A stretch of DNA of 62,334 nt, the filler included, from Platydemus manokwari (Eukaryota), in the NCBI GenBank assembly GCA_037951405.1. It is 6 parts of 6 records of this genome, joined end to end, with 100 filler letters (N's around TTAATTAATTAA, not from the genome) between each part and the next. Parts side by side here need not be neighbours in the genome. Positions count along the whole stretch, not along the records: positions 21,882 to 32,706 come from JBBMOY011103331.1; positions 32,807 to 43,561 come from JBBMOY011108331.1; 4 more parts are not named here. One strand, given 5' to 3'. The notes under the pieces are model-generated. The model was given only the letters and a program-made list of their open reading frames with translations. It did not search any database and was not told where the DNA came from. Positions 26,201-40,654 of the stretch are shown one piece after another (position 1 is the stretch's first letter; each line of letters opens with the position of its first letter). The position numbers and the translations under genes were made by a program.

Positions 26201-27503
26201 TATGCAAACAATTAAAAATAGGTATTAAAAATAAGCTATCGTCTTTATATAAACGAATTTCATATTATTAGCAAGATTAAAATTGAGCTTTATATTTTAC
26301 AAATTTGACAAACTATAGGTCGACTTTTTGTATTATGGAAATAATAACAGGAATGTACAATTTCAAAATGAAACCATAATATTATATAATAAACATATGT
26401 TGGTTTAATTATCAATAAATTCAAAACATGAAGAATTAACATGGCTTCAACTCAATAATGTTGTTGAATGTCAGTCATCAGGTCGGCATTGTTTCTAATA
26501 TTTATTTATATAACAAAATAATCAGTTAGACCTAAATCATTAAAACTCCCGATGCCACATTACTAAGGTGTGGGCACAAAATGAATACATTTGATGTTAG
26601 GTAATTACCAACTCCCCAGCTACCCAGATAAATTTACCAAACTATCAATATGTGATCTCGCATTGGGTTCAGTTTTATATTGAACGAATTAATGAAATCC
26701 TATTAACGATAATGTACTGAAAAAGATTGATCGTAGATAGATTTTATTGGCACAACCTTATTATGTGTTGTCACCTTAAAAGTCATAACTACATTTACTT
26801 AGAACACTTGAACAAAGAAGATCACCTACCTATAGATCCCAACCAAAATATCCTAAATGTTGTTACTTTGTCCAATATTAATGGTCAATTTCAAATCCAG
26901 ACCATTCAATTTATTTTGCTCATTATTAACAAATATTTAATAATAATAACAATAAAAAGTTCATGTTTATATTTACCTGTTAATTCCACCAATCACCTAA
27001 TGAATGCAAAAAAAATTATAGGAATCTCAAACTGCGAATAATATTTTTTCTGAGAAAAATATAAGAAGTCAACACTAAAATTCTGAAAGATCAGACATTA
27101 TCTCTTCAAATTTGAATTTTATAAATATTATTTAAGCCTTTGTAAATAACAAAAATATATTTATCACAATAAATTGATGTGTTAATAAACCCAAATGACG
27201 AAATAACACTCCGAATCAAAAATTTAAAATTCACCATAGCATATTAAATAATATTAGATTGTTTCAAAATTTTTTACCATTTTATTTTATCCAATACAAC
27301 TTTATTTTAAGATTATATTAATAATTACGTTCTCAATAATTTTAATTTCTCAATGATTTAGGACAAAAAATGAAAAATTAATGATCTAATCAAATAAGGA
27401 CATAAAAATATTCTTAACGATACACCCATGTCTTTATTTTCACACAATTATATTAGTTATTTTTACAGCTGAAAGCAGTTGTTTAAAAAATAAACAATCA
27501 GAG

Positions 27504-29554
27504 TCATTTCTTTTGGAATTGGCTCGTTGCTCCATTTAGTATACTAGATGATATTTCTGATTTTGCGGTTTCAATGTCAGAAACATTTGAATGTCGATAA
27601 ATATAATTTACCTGCAAGTTTTATAAAACAATTTACGATTTAAAACGAATCATCCAATCGAATAATTACTTACTTTAAATAACAAAACAAGGAATAATGA
27701 GAACAGTGCACAAAACGATAGACCGATAAAGAACATAACACAACCAGTTAATATATCACGTCGAAGCATTATTAAACCATTAATGAAACCACTAAATAAA
27801 AATATTACATTTAATCATCTTAATCAAGTTATTATTTCTTCTTTCCTTAGTCTGTTTCTTTATATATAGAAAAAAAATAAGAAAATTAATTATTTTTTTA
27901 CAAAATGGGATAAGAGATGGATAAAAAGTGAATTATAGTGAATAGTGATTGAGAAAATTTTAAACTTTATTTCATTCATTTAAATAAAAAATTATCCATA
28001 TAACATTATCTTTCTATAGTTTGTTTAAATATTATAATAAAATATTTTTTAGGATTTAATTGTTTAAATTCGTTTTCAGTCCATATTTAATGAAATAGCA
28101 GCTCCTTAGAAATATTATAAATTAAACAATTTTCAAGAAACTAAATAGAAATAAGATTATGAAAATCTAAAATCCAGCACTACAATAGAAAACATAATGT
28201 TAAAAATCAATAAATAAACATAGGCACAAAAAGTATTTAAAAAGAAAAATTTAATTTAATTTAAAAAATTTGTTTTAAAACAGTAAATTCTGTTATTTAA
28301 ACAACCTCAAGATCAAGGTCAAATAAAAAGTTTATTTCAAAAATCTTTTTTTAGTAACCGTATCATTACTAAAAAAAGTGTAGGTCAATTTATAAACTTG
28401 AGTACCTGAAAACAGCAGGTTGTTGCTAAATTTAGACATTATATGTTAAGGGTTGCTAAAATTAGCAACAAAACAGGAACAAAAATAACACACGCATAGA
28501 TGACACATACGACCTACAAAATCACTACATACGCCCAAAAAATTCAGTCACCTGGCACTTTATTTCACCAACTCAAAATTATTTAAATTATATACAAATC
28601 TCAAAATTACATTTATTTGAAAATCAAGTAGTCTTTTTATCCAATTGTTCTAAAATCTCTTAGGTATTACTTATTATCTCCCACTTTCCTTTTTTATCAT
28701 AGAGTGTCTCTCTACTTAGTTGGGCACGCTTGATTCCTTTTAATGAAAAGTCTGTACGTCAACAACAGAAAATTGTATATCTTTAGTATTTCTAAAATTT
28801 TATTTAATCTGGTTAGCAAAGTTTAATTTCAGTCAAATTCTTATCTATAACTTCTTATTATCTTCTTTATATATTCGTTAAATATTCTCAATATCTTCCT
28901 TCTTCTCTTCTATAATTTTCAGTAATTAATCTTCTCAAAAGTAAATTCAAATGTGTGGTCGTCATGTAAGCTGCTATTTTATAAAGCACTCATTGAAAAC
29001 GAACTGAAAAGTTACATCACCTAATTATATTTTAATTACAATTATTAAAACAAATCAATCTTTATAAAAATTTGATTCAAAAATTTTTCAAATTTCAATT
29101 CATTATAAATCCTCATATATAGTATTAGTTTTTGAAATTTCTGGTTAATAAAAATAATAGGCTGTAATTTAGGTTGACCGTATATATTGAATTTTACAGA
29201 ATGAAGAAATATTTTACATTATTAAGAATCTGCGTAAATTTACAGAAAAAGTATTTCAAATTCCGGGTTGATATAAACAATTTGTAGTATCATTTTCAAT
29301 CAAGTGTTTTAAATTTTTTTATGAATATGAAATCGATTTAGTTTATATAAACAACAAAAGACTATTTCAAATCTCTCCACAACCTGATAATCTCCTTAAA
29401 TAATCAATAAAATAATTTTATAAAAACCTATTTTCAATTTTTTATAACTTACCAAGACCCGAGCCAATCGATGCCCAACATTTGAATACAAGTTACAACT
29501 ATCTGACCGCATATAATGACGAAAAATAAAAAATAATTAGTCGAACTGTCCCAC
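27504..29554 (-). CDS. SCAMP: Secretory carrier membrane protein (SCAMP family), last three exons only (29554-29453, 27791-27674, 27611-27504)
   Basis: Spliced WDSSTNYFLFFVIICGQIVVTCIQMLGIDWLGSC|GFINGLIMLRRDILTGCVMFFIGLSFCALFSLFLVLLFK|VNYIYRHSNVSDIETAKSE...* matches SCAMP TM3-TM4 and C-tail (xDSSxNF; KVHxxYR...AxxE). Splice phases are consistent. The 5' exons were not found. Confidence 0.88.
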
Positions 29555-30479
29555 CTAAAATAAAGAAACAATCAATTCTAAATACATGTTTGAATAACAA
29601 TATAAATATTAATGTTATTAATTTTAATTCTAAATATTTTTTTTGTATTTCACAAAATATTTATTTATCGAAAGATATTGGTAAATAATAAAATCAATAG
29701 GTTCTTATAGGTTCTCATTAAGATAGAGTAACAAAATTTCCCATTAAATACAGCTGTTTATCTATTCACGTTGAAAAATATTTTAGTGGATTGAATTGTA
29801 TGTTAACAGTTAATTCAATGACCACGATTAATAATCTACTTTCAACATTCTCTCGCTTTTAATTTTTCATTTAAATTTATATAAATATATATAAATTATT
29901 ATACGATTTTTATTTTGTACCCTTCAAGTAATAAATTATGATTTGAAATTAAGTTATTTTTAGATTAAAAAAAATATTACTCATTAAAATATATTAGAGT
30001 AGAATTAAACCGTAAATTTAACACGTCCAATTAGTATCATATCATGTAACGTTATTGCAAAAAATTTAAAGATTTGTAAGACTTTGTCGGAACTGGTTTC
30101 CAAGATAAATTACACAATAAAAATGTACTAAAATAAATAGATGTAGTAAGTCAATTACTGTAAATTTCAACAGAAAACAACCCCAAACAAAATATGCAGA
30201 CATTAGTGGAATATTTAAAAATTGCATTCATTGAAACACTGCAATTCTATTAACTTTAAAAATTCAAATGCCTTCGATTATTAATTGTTTGATCAGAGTG
30301 CATTACGACATTACGAATTTTTATGCAACAAGAAATTGTCTCGAAGTTGCTCAAATTTTTGAAGAATTTTTATAATCTATTGCAATGAATTGGAAGTGTT
30401 GACAAAAAACTTCACTACAAATATCATGATGATAATCAAGGCCATAAAGAAAGTTGCAGTTGCCAATCCTGTGAATGAA

Positions 30480-31180
30480 ATGTGCAATACTTTCACTATA
30501 CAAAGGGCATCTAAGAACCTTAGCATTTCGAAATATTTTGTCCATTGCTTTCTTAAAATGAACCTGGGTCTAAAAAGCTCTCATTTTTCTTTGCTTAATG
30601 GGCTTGACGAGGATGACCTTTAACTTTCTAAGCTTCTGTTAAGATTTCATCGTTTTACTACAACATGATCCTCAACTAATGGAGAATATTATTACAGCAA
30701 ATGAAGTCAATTTCTAGCTTAGTAGATCAGTTAATAATCATAAGTCGGATTATTGGGTGGGCATTTCGGTACAAGAAGATCCTATTTTTTCAGGAGAACT
30801 TTAAACAGTGAAAATTATGTCTTTATTTTTCAAAAACTTTTCTCATAGAGCCCTATTGCATTTCTACCAACCAGATATCAGCTATTTGAACTATAACTGT
30901 TCAAACCGCTGGATTAGTCACCGAGAAAATCTTTTAGATTAAGACCCGAGATCACCTGACTTAATTCCTTTCTTTGGGGTCATGTAAAAGAGGTGTTGTA
31001 TCAGAGTCATTCTAAAACATTTGATTGAATTGAAAATTAAATTTGGGTCGTTTACAATGATGTTGATGAATAAAGTATGTTCTCGAATTCGTCTTTGTAT
31101 TAGTGAAAAAGGTAGACATTTTTAATGTAAAATTTGAAAGTGGAAGTCTTTATAAAATTAGATTCAGAGGACACCATATA
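30480..31180 (+). mobile_element. Decayed Tc1/mariner-superfamily (maT/DD37D-like) transposon
   Basis: RASKNLSISKYFVHCFLKMNLGLK (HTH); NEVNFxLSRSVNNHKSDYW; NRWIS...PRSPDL; RIRLCISEKGRHF; TIR-like end GGACACCATATA at ~31167-31180. Confidence 0.8.
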
Positions 31181-32706
31181 CATTAGAAAAACGATGTTAA
31201 TAAAATGTTTATATTATTTTTATTATCATTTTGATGAAGACCTATATTCAGGACAACGATGTAACCCTACATTCATAAACAAAGAAAATTTTCTGCTACT
31301 AACTCAATGCCATACTGCCGTCAATGTTAACGGTAAAGTGTTTAAATATTGTGATTATATACATAGTGACCATCATAATCTTAACTAAAGCAAGATATAG
31401 CCTCATTAATTACTAGACATTGTCTAAGTGTCACTAAACATCAACCAATTCTATTGAATTTTTAGGCAATCTAATCTTTTCCCGTGCAACTAGAAAATCT
31501 CTTAAAACTCTAACCGGTTAAATTATGTTTTTATTACACATTTGTATCATGATCATTTTATCAATTACGTTATTATATTTTATAATTAATCCATAAATTC
31601 AGTTTCTTTAGAACTGCTAGGGAAAAGATGCTACTATTTTAAAATGGACAATTGGGAAATCATGCAAAATGTCACTACACACAACTATACTTAACTCCAT
31701 TTATTTAAACAAATTAATATTATTTTAAGACAAAATATAATTTTTTTCTATAAATCATCAACATCACTTTCTAATCCTCATACTACTAACAAAGATTTTA
31801 ACAAAATTGGTAAAAAACCAATTACAAGCCAAAAATCATGCAAATATTAAATTTAATAAATCTATTTAAGGTAGAAAACTTTAGAATAATAATAGGAGCA
31901 CGAGAATTTAATTTTGTTTCACATTGTGGTCTGATAACAGCGGTTGGTTGTCGTCAATAATTTCTATAATCTTAAATTATTAGAAAATAAAAACCAATTA
32001 AATAATTGTAAAAATAAACTTTCTATACATGAATTTTTAGAATATTTTTCTATCAATATGTATTATCAGGTTCCATTGAAAAGAGATAGATGTATCTCAC
32101 AATCGAAATATAATATGAATTTCAATTTTATTCCCATGGGAAGGATATAAAAATTTTAGAATTTCATATAATAGAACAGGTCGGAATGAATAAATTCATT
32201 TTGAATGTATGATAAAAAATAGACTTATTTTTCTCCTTTATTTGTAAAATAACTCAGTTATTGTACATTTTACACACTAAACTCGTAGCCACTATCTGAT
32301 AAGATTGTATTTTCATAAATTTATTTTGTAACAAAATCCTCTCCTTTCCAAACATACCAATACATATTGTTAGTTGTTAAAACTTCTTCATATTTTATAT
32401 TTAAATCAAAAATAATGATTTCACATCCATTTTAAATAAATTTTAAAACGTTAAAATTGTATTTAACCTTCTTTTTTTAAAAAATAAAATGCTCAATTTT
32501 TTATTTTTTAAATAAAATTGTTTATTACTAATTTATATTTTTAAAAAAAATTGAGGGATTCACAGTGATGTTTTGAGAAAGACTATTTTATAAATATTAA
32601 ATATTTTTGGCTAAAGTTAAAATAAAGGTTCCTAAAATAAAATTTTAAAATTGTGGAGTGTATTGCAAAAATCTATATAGATTATTTAATTAAATTCTTT
32701 AATAAC

Positions 32707-32806
32707 NNNNNNNNNNNNNNNNNNNNNNNNNNNNNNNNNNNNNNNNNNNNTTAATTAATTAANNNNNNNNNNNNNNNNNNNNNNNNNNNNNNNNNNNNNN
32801 NNNNNN
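32707..32806. other. Artificial contig-join spacer
   Basis: 44N-TTAATTAATTAA-44N. Confidence 0.97.
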
Positions 32807-33067
32807 TTATCTGAGTTATTACTTTGAGGCAGGTTCAAAAAAATCATAATGTTCATTCCATAAATCTTAAACATCATTTCAAAATGGTGTGAAAATAAAA
32901 TGAATAAATTGAATATTAAAATTTAATCAGAAACCATAGTTAAAATAATATTTAAAATTAAGTACAAATTTAAGTACTAAAATTATATAAAAACATGAAA
33001 ATATAAAATTATTTAAAGAAATAGTTAACAACTATAGTTTAACCAATATGAAAAGTATACTGTAATG

Positions 33068-33356
33068 CAGTGTTCTTGAAAAAAAGGAAGAGAGATCCAC
33101 CAGCGAGTCGCAAAAAATTTCATTTTCGATTTAGAATTATAATTAGATAAAATATAGATCGAATTTCGAAGTAGTACTGAGACCAGTGATCATTAAAACA
33201 GAGTTAAGATATATGTTTTATGCCAAAACATGTAAAGTCGTTGCGATTATTAAATATATTTTAATTTTTTACTTTTTTATTTGTTTAGTTCCTAGATTAA
33301 GCAAAAAAAATTAATTCGTATAATGGGTCGCAACACAAAAACTGTGAAGACCACTG
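33068..33356. mobile_element. Non-autonomous hAT (Charlie-like) MITE
   Basis: Ends CAGTGTTCTT ... AAGACCACTG form an imperfect TIR. Subterminal GAGTCGC/GGGTCGC motifs. 8-bp flanks CTGTAATG and GTCTAATT partly match as a TSD. Confidence 0.6.
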
Positions 33357-33840
33357 GTCTAATTTATTGTTTTATATCACCGTTGTGGACTTCTTCTTTG
33401 GCACTTTCTAGTCTTATTATCGATACATTAAACCCTTTATAGTTTGTCTGATATACTAACTTATTACATTTTGTCACTGTGTCTTTTGTGATAAAGCGAA
33501 TTCCATCTTTAATCAAATTTGACTTTAAAATAGTTGGGTTTGGCTTTGGTCTAACTAGAATAGCCTTTATCATGCCTTAATGGCATCATACATTCGTTCG
33601 CTTGTAACTTGGATTAAATTAGTTTCTTTTAGGAATGCCAAATTATGATCTTGTGTTTTTACGTTATATACTAATACTGACTTATCGGTTCGGCAAATTT
33701 TGTATTTTGAGTTGCAGAGCGTTTTGTTTGCAAATTGCCTGAGCATTTCATTAAATAATTATAACCATTGTGTATTTTGATGAAATTTCACCATACGACT
33801 ACAACTTCATTGATGATTTGTTCAAAAAAAATTGTATGGT

Positions 33841-33925
33841 TCTCTTAATCTGATTTATGCTGACCTGCGAAAATTACTTAATTGGCTTCGGATAGTAAAG
33901 TTAATTCTTTAACAATTCTTTACTG
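33841..33925. repeat. ~85-bp dispersed repeat, second copy at ~37085-37165
   Basis: CTGACCTGCG(A/T)AAATTACTT(A/T)ATTGGCTTCGGAT...AAAGTTA.TTCTTTAA.AATTCTTT is shared. Confidence 0.85.
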
Positions 33926-36900
33926 AGTTATAAGAAATATATTAATTAAATATATTAACGTATATTTATAAAGTGGTTATCTCTTTAATGGACTAAATAA
34001 ATGATAAAGAAACATTTTATTAAGAAATCGTATGAAAAAAATATACAAAAAATATAATAAAATAAGTTATAAAAATATATTAATTCAAAAAGGAATATAT
34101 TAATTACTAAAATATCTTAAGATGCTTTATAAATTATAAATGTAATCGACATTGGTTAACAGTTCACCTGCAATTTTTATTTTCATTAACTTAAGAGAGT
34201 TAAACGATATAAACAACGTGTTCAATATGTAAAATATAAGATTTTTTAAAAAAATTAAAAATTTTGAATAAATATACTATGAAACATTATATAGGAAAAT
34301 CGTTTGTAATTTAGTTAAATAAAAATTAAAAGAATGTTTCATAATACTTTGTTTAAATGAATCAATTTAATATTGTGTGCGATGGCATTATAAAAACCTT
34401 CCATTCTTATCAAAATTGCCAGTTGACACCCACATTTGAGTTGAGATTTTGTAATTCGTGTTTTGATCAATAAACTGAGAAATATATTTACCTTCGAATT
34501 GGAGTAAAGTCTTATTTATTGATTATAATTTCCCAACACACGATTGACTAGGCAAAAATCAATCAGAAGACCGTAAACATAATATCATTCAAACTCAGCT
34601 TGATATTCAGAACATTAATTTCTTAATTTCTAAAGATATTCATTGAATGTTGACGTTTAGAGGATACTACGAAAGCGTTATGCAAGGAAACCGATCAATA
34701 GATTTAAATTTGATTATATGATTCTAGCACTTTTAGATAATTAAATTTAATAACATACTTACAAAGGTAACAAAAACTTTATTAAGACTTAAACACGTTT
34801 TATAAATAATTATTAACAAAAGCTCCATATCCTTTTGAATCACAATAAAGCCCAATCACAATGAAAGCCAAATGTTCCGAAAACGACGTTAGGAGTTATT
34901 TTGAAAATTTAAATTACGTCATTAATTTTCGTTTGTTACTTTTCCTTAAAATCTCTAGTGCTTTGTATTATACATACATACTATAAAAGCCTACAAAAGC
35001 TTCAATCCAGATAACACCGTAAAGTAGGCATTGAAGACTTATGACATTGTGATTTACCTTTGACTCTAATATATAATATATGATTATCTTTATATGAACA
35101 AAAATATGTTGAAAATTTTGTGATTTTATTAACAAAACATGTATATAATTTATTTTTGAATTATTATTGTTATTGAAAGAATACTTTATAATAAAAAACA
35201 GAAGAAGTAAAATATTTGCGAAAGCTACATATATCATCAAATCTATATTAATTTAGATATCTATAATTAAACAAAAAGGAGGTTCAATATCAGAGCTTTC
35301 TCTCATTGACTCTTGATTTTAACGTGTGTGTTTGGGTATATTGTAATTTCAAGAGATTGAGAAATTAATTAAGTTTGATTGGAGTTTCCTTAAAAGAAAT
35401 TGGACTTAAATAAGATAAGTGTTGTGTGTCAAGGTTATTTTATGACATTATACGATTTTGTGTATTTGGATTGAATCTAAATAAAATGTATCAACATAAT
35501 CTTTTATTATAGTTTTTTACAATTTATGGATTTATTTTAATTATAATATTATAATTCACGTTCCAAATGGATTGACATCGCCTTTCAACCAGTATTACAG
35601 AACTCACACAAGAAATAAAATAACAAAGACACAACGCGAACACATGCCGTTAAATTCTTTAGTCTCATTCTATAGGTGAATTGATTCACAACTTATACTA
35701 TTGTTTTAGTTGGTCAACTTATTGAAGTTCAGTTAAATATTTTGCATTTAAAGATTTTATCGTTTACAAATTTTTCTGACCTTGAATGCTCCTTTATTTT
35801 CTGCTACTATTATGATGATAAGATTGTATTTTCTTGTTCGAATATTTAACATTAAAGTTTACGAATTTACCTTATTTATTTTTAAAGGATTAAATTTACG
35901 AGTTTGAGCCTGGAACTGAGATGTAGTTCTAATATGAAAATAGAAAAAATAAAATTATTTTTCAGAATGCCAGGTTACAAATTCACAAATTAGCTTTTTT
36001 ATAATTTTCCATGGAAGCTCAAAAGACTTGGTCTCATTTCTCTCTTTGATTGATTATTGCGTATATAGCATCACATGTGCTTTTGACTTTCTAACTATCA
36101 GAGAACTTGAATTCAATTAATCTGTTATATCTCAAATTGTCCATATAACTCAATATAAGGTATAATTACCTCCACCAACAAACAGGTTTAAATCGCTCTA
36201 ATGTCTCAGTGATAAGATGAATACAATCAAATGCTTTACCATGTCAACTTGGTGAATCCAAATCAGATATTTGGTCAATAAACTTAATAAACATGATATC
36301 GACATTAGATTTCTACACCATTATTTCAAAATCTACCCAAAGGGTTACTGTCAAGTCGGATAAAATAATTTTCATTTAACACATAGGTAACTCTCACAAG
36401 GTAAAGCAGACTTGTTCATCTTTTTATTTCATCACAGAGATCACAGAAAGAGCTGAAAAATTGCCATCTATCACCTCAAGTGTGGATTTTCAATCAGAGT
36501 CCGTAATAATCTTATAATGCTTTTAACAACTTCAATTTCACATATGAATCTGTGAATCTTTGCTCAATAGGTGCTTCAATACGGGAAATGATTTTGTTGC
36601 GCATGTCTTCTTTAGCTGCTATCGTAGTAAGCCTTTCTATCTTCTCGTTGACTATCTATAACCTCTTAAAGTCGATGTTGTTGACACAAATTTAATAAAT
36701 ATAGGTCGAATTATTTAGAAATAAGACAACTTAACTTGAAACCCATCTTGAAAATCTTGACATTTGCATCAGCCGTCGCTGAAAATATAATTTTAATATA
36801 ATTACGTCATTTAATTAATAATTTATAATGATTACGATATATTTATTTTTTTCCAAAAAATATAAAGATTATATAATTAATTATATTTATATTACGGCAT

Positions 36901-39900
36901 ATAAATTACACAAGTTATCATTTTAGTTCTAATATCACGATAAAATCAAATATTGAAATGAATTTTAATAAAAATAATAATTATAAATGTAAAATAATTA
37001 CATCGAGCTATTCAATAATAACGATGATTAAATAAATTCATAAAATCCATTTACAAAAACAAAACACCTGAAAATAAAAATCTCTTCTCATCAGATTTGT
37101 ACTGACCTGCGTAAATTACTTTATTGGCTTCGGATGATAAAGTTAGTTCTTTAATAATTCTTTACTATTTTGAAAACCACTCTTTACCAATCGAATATTG
37201 ATTTCATCACTAATACAGCAAGCAGTAAGAAATGGAAATTGACTATTTTTCATAAATAATAACCTTGTTTTCAATGATTCTTATTTCTAATATCACTGAA
37301 AAACACCTTGTTGGTAAAATGAGATTAGCAGTATTATTTTTTATAAAAAAATTTATAAATTTTCTAACATTGTTTTGCATAACAAAACAGAAATTTTCGT
37401 AATGGTAGACTGATGAAAAAATGTCTAACTAATAATACAGTTAAAATTGCGCTTATTTGTTCGCCGATATTATTTAAACATGGTTTACAAATTCAATTAT
37501 TAACATGGAAATTAACATTATTATCGAAAAATCATTGAAATTTAATTTAGATAATTTGATCAAAGCATAATTTCTTGAATTTTAAATAATATTACATTTT
37601 AAGTTCTATAATTAGTTATTTAAATTATTACTGATAAAATTATATTGCAATGTCAGGTTAAGATGTTATATATTAAATGTATTTGCTTGTATTAAATGTA
37701 TTTATTTGATGTAATTATTAAGTGCTCTATTTGTTTACTAATATCATCTTACTTAAATTTTAATCATAAGCAATTCCCAGCAACTCCGAGTCATTTTCGA
37801 ATCCTACTTTGTATACCTGGAACAATAAATCAAATAGAAGAGATCTTAAAGACCACTGATCTTAAGGAACATAGCAACATAAAGATCAATGATTTTTATA
37901 ATGTAAACATTGAATTTATTATTTGTTTTCAAAAGTATTTATCAAAACTCATACATTTTTATACAGTTATTTTTATCAATGTATAATATATTTATGCAAA
38001 GTATTGCTGTTATTATGTCTTATAAAGTACATGTATAAAGTGATTATCTTCTTAATAGACACAATAAATTATAATGAAATATTTTTTAAGAAACAATTTG
38101 AAAAAAATATATAATAAGGTATGTTATAATAAATACATTAGTTCAAATACCTTAGAATGCCAAAATGTTAATCTAATAGCATGAGAAGAAAACTAATTTG
38201 AAAATTGTTACCATGATTTATTCCTGTGCTTGAACTTTAAAATTTCACATTTATAAATTTTCATTTGAAAATTTTGAAAGCATTTCCGGTAGTATTTATA
38301 TATAAAACATTGATTTATGATCATTGGACTTTATGATTCTAAATTCTGTGTTCTAGGTTTCAGAAGAATGATTCGAAATTTAGAAAATAGAAAAATAGTA
38401 ATATAAAATAATAATTCGTAAAAAAAGAAAGAGATGAAAACAGTAAACAGAAAATACAAAAAAAAGATGAAAATTATAGCAATATCAAAATAGGTAATAT
38501 AAATAAGTTCGAGATTTATATCATATATTCAGTTTTATTAAATTTTAATCTACTACTCAAAAGTTAATTTTTTTAATTTTTAACTTCAACTCTATGATCT
38601 AATCTTATTTTAACATCATCATTATATCATTTTCTAATATTTCTCATACATTTAAATTGTTGGCACCCAGTACTAATATTCTTTTGAATAAACATTCAAA
38701 GTTAGTAGAGTAAAATCACACAACCTTAAGAGTGGTTGCTTGCACTAATAAGCTCAAACCAAATACATTTATATTATAAAAAACACTTTAAATCCTAGCA
38801 GAACATTTATTAAATAGTTTCAATTGACGTTAATAAATTAAATCATTTTTATAATAATAATAACGAATATTCTTAATTTCATCATCATTTTCTTGTTATT
38901 ATTATTATTATTGTTATTATTATAATTATTATTATTATTTTAATAATTATGATGATTATGATAGTGGTTATTATTATTTTTTTTTTATTTTTAGATTATA
39001 ATAATTATAAATTATAAATAGAAATTAATGTCAATAATAATATTTTATTATTAGTATTATAAAGTACCTAATTTTTCAGTCCGAATAAAAATATGTTTAT
39101 TTTTCCGAAAAATAATTTTAAAATAAGGTAATGAATTCTATAACTATTTATACTATTTATAACTATTTAGACTCTATTTTATCATGTTGGATTTATGAAG
39201 AATAATTTCTTAAACCTATCACTAAGTAACGATTTGTTTAAACCACTAAGTAAAAATTAATGTGTAGGAATCCACTGAGCTATTAATCGAAACACTACAC
39301 TTGATGCGTGGTGAAAAGAAATTAAATGAAGAATTGCCCGTTATTGAATACTACAGGAAGAGAAAATGGAAACAGTAAACAATCACTAAACCAAGAGTTA
39401 ATGCGTGGAAAATATAATTGTGAAACATCTAATGGAATTACATTTGTTACGCAACATTTGTTATGTAATTTATTTATAAATTCTTTTTATATATATTCTA
39501 TTTTTGATATTCCAATGTCGATAAATTGCAGCACTAAATGATAAAAATTCAAAACATCCAAATAATTAGGATTTATGTATAAATTTATCAAAATGACAAG
39601 AATGAATTTCGTGGCATCGTTTATTTATAATCTATTTCTAATACTGGTGTTATCCAACACTGAAGTAATAATTGTTTAATAATAAAATTTTAGATATTTT
39701 AAAATTCATTTTGGAATCTTTCGATTAAGTTAAAATCTTTATTATTATTTATCTAAATAATTTTAAAATACTTTTATACATTGATGCAGTGGTGGTTTTA
39801 ATACACTGCAAATCATGCAAATAACGGAGTCAATTTTTTCAAAACCCCAATACATTATAATAATCATTATTATTATTTAAAATTAATATATTATTAATAT

Positions 39901-40654
39901 ATTATTAATTATCCAACACCATTAATATAATCACAAATGTATAAAAATTCATGAATTTGATATGATATTGAGATATGTAATCTCTAAAATAATACAGATG
40001 TAGGTGGACATATCGATTAAGAGCGAAGATTTAGTGTTTCTCATTAAAAGATTTTTTTTATTCCAAAAGACAGGTGGTGTAAAGTAAAGTGATATTACAG
40101 AATTCATTGTATAAGACTAAATCAACCCAATGGTTTGAATTTGAACTAATCTTGGTCAGGACTTAAACTATAAATAAAATCGTTCGACTGTCTTTATAAT
40201 CAAGGTTCTGATTGTAAATTTTGGTGGCATGTTTTTATCAGGAAAACATTTTAAAATAAAAAAAACAAGAAAATAAATTGATAAAAATACTTTTATGAAA
40301 CTTTAAATTAATTTATTATCCGACCAGATATTATAATTTGCAGAACATAATTATGAAGAATTTTAAAATAGGTAATAGTTTAATGTAATGAAATAAACAG
40401 CTTTAAAGAATCTATTAAACCGATGTATTAAAGAATGCCATTTGTTAACGGGAAATACTCAAATTATGATTTCTTAATTTACTAAACTTAAGGTTCTCTT
40501 ATTAAATCATAATTTCAAATTATTTCGAAATAATCACAAAATAATTTTAGAAGTAAAATTAATGTTCATAGGGTTCCGAATTGTCAAAAAAGATAAAGAA
40601 TAAAGCATTCATGTGTATGTTTATACTATGATTACTGAACTATCTCTCTATATA

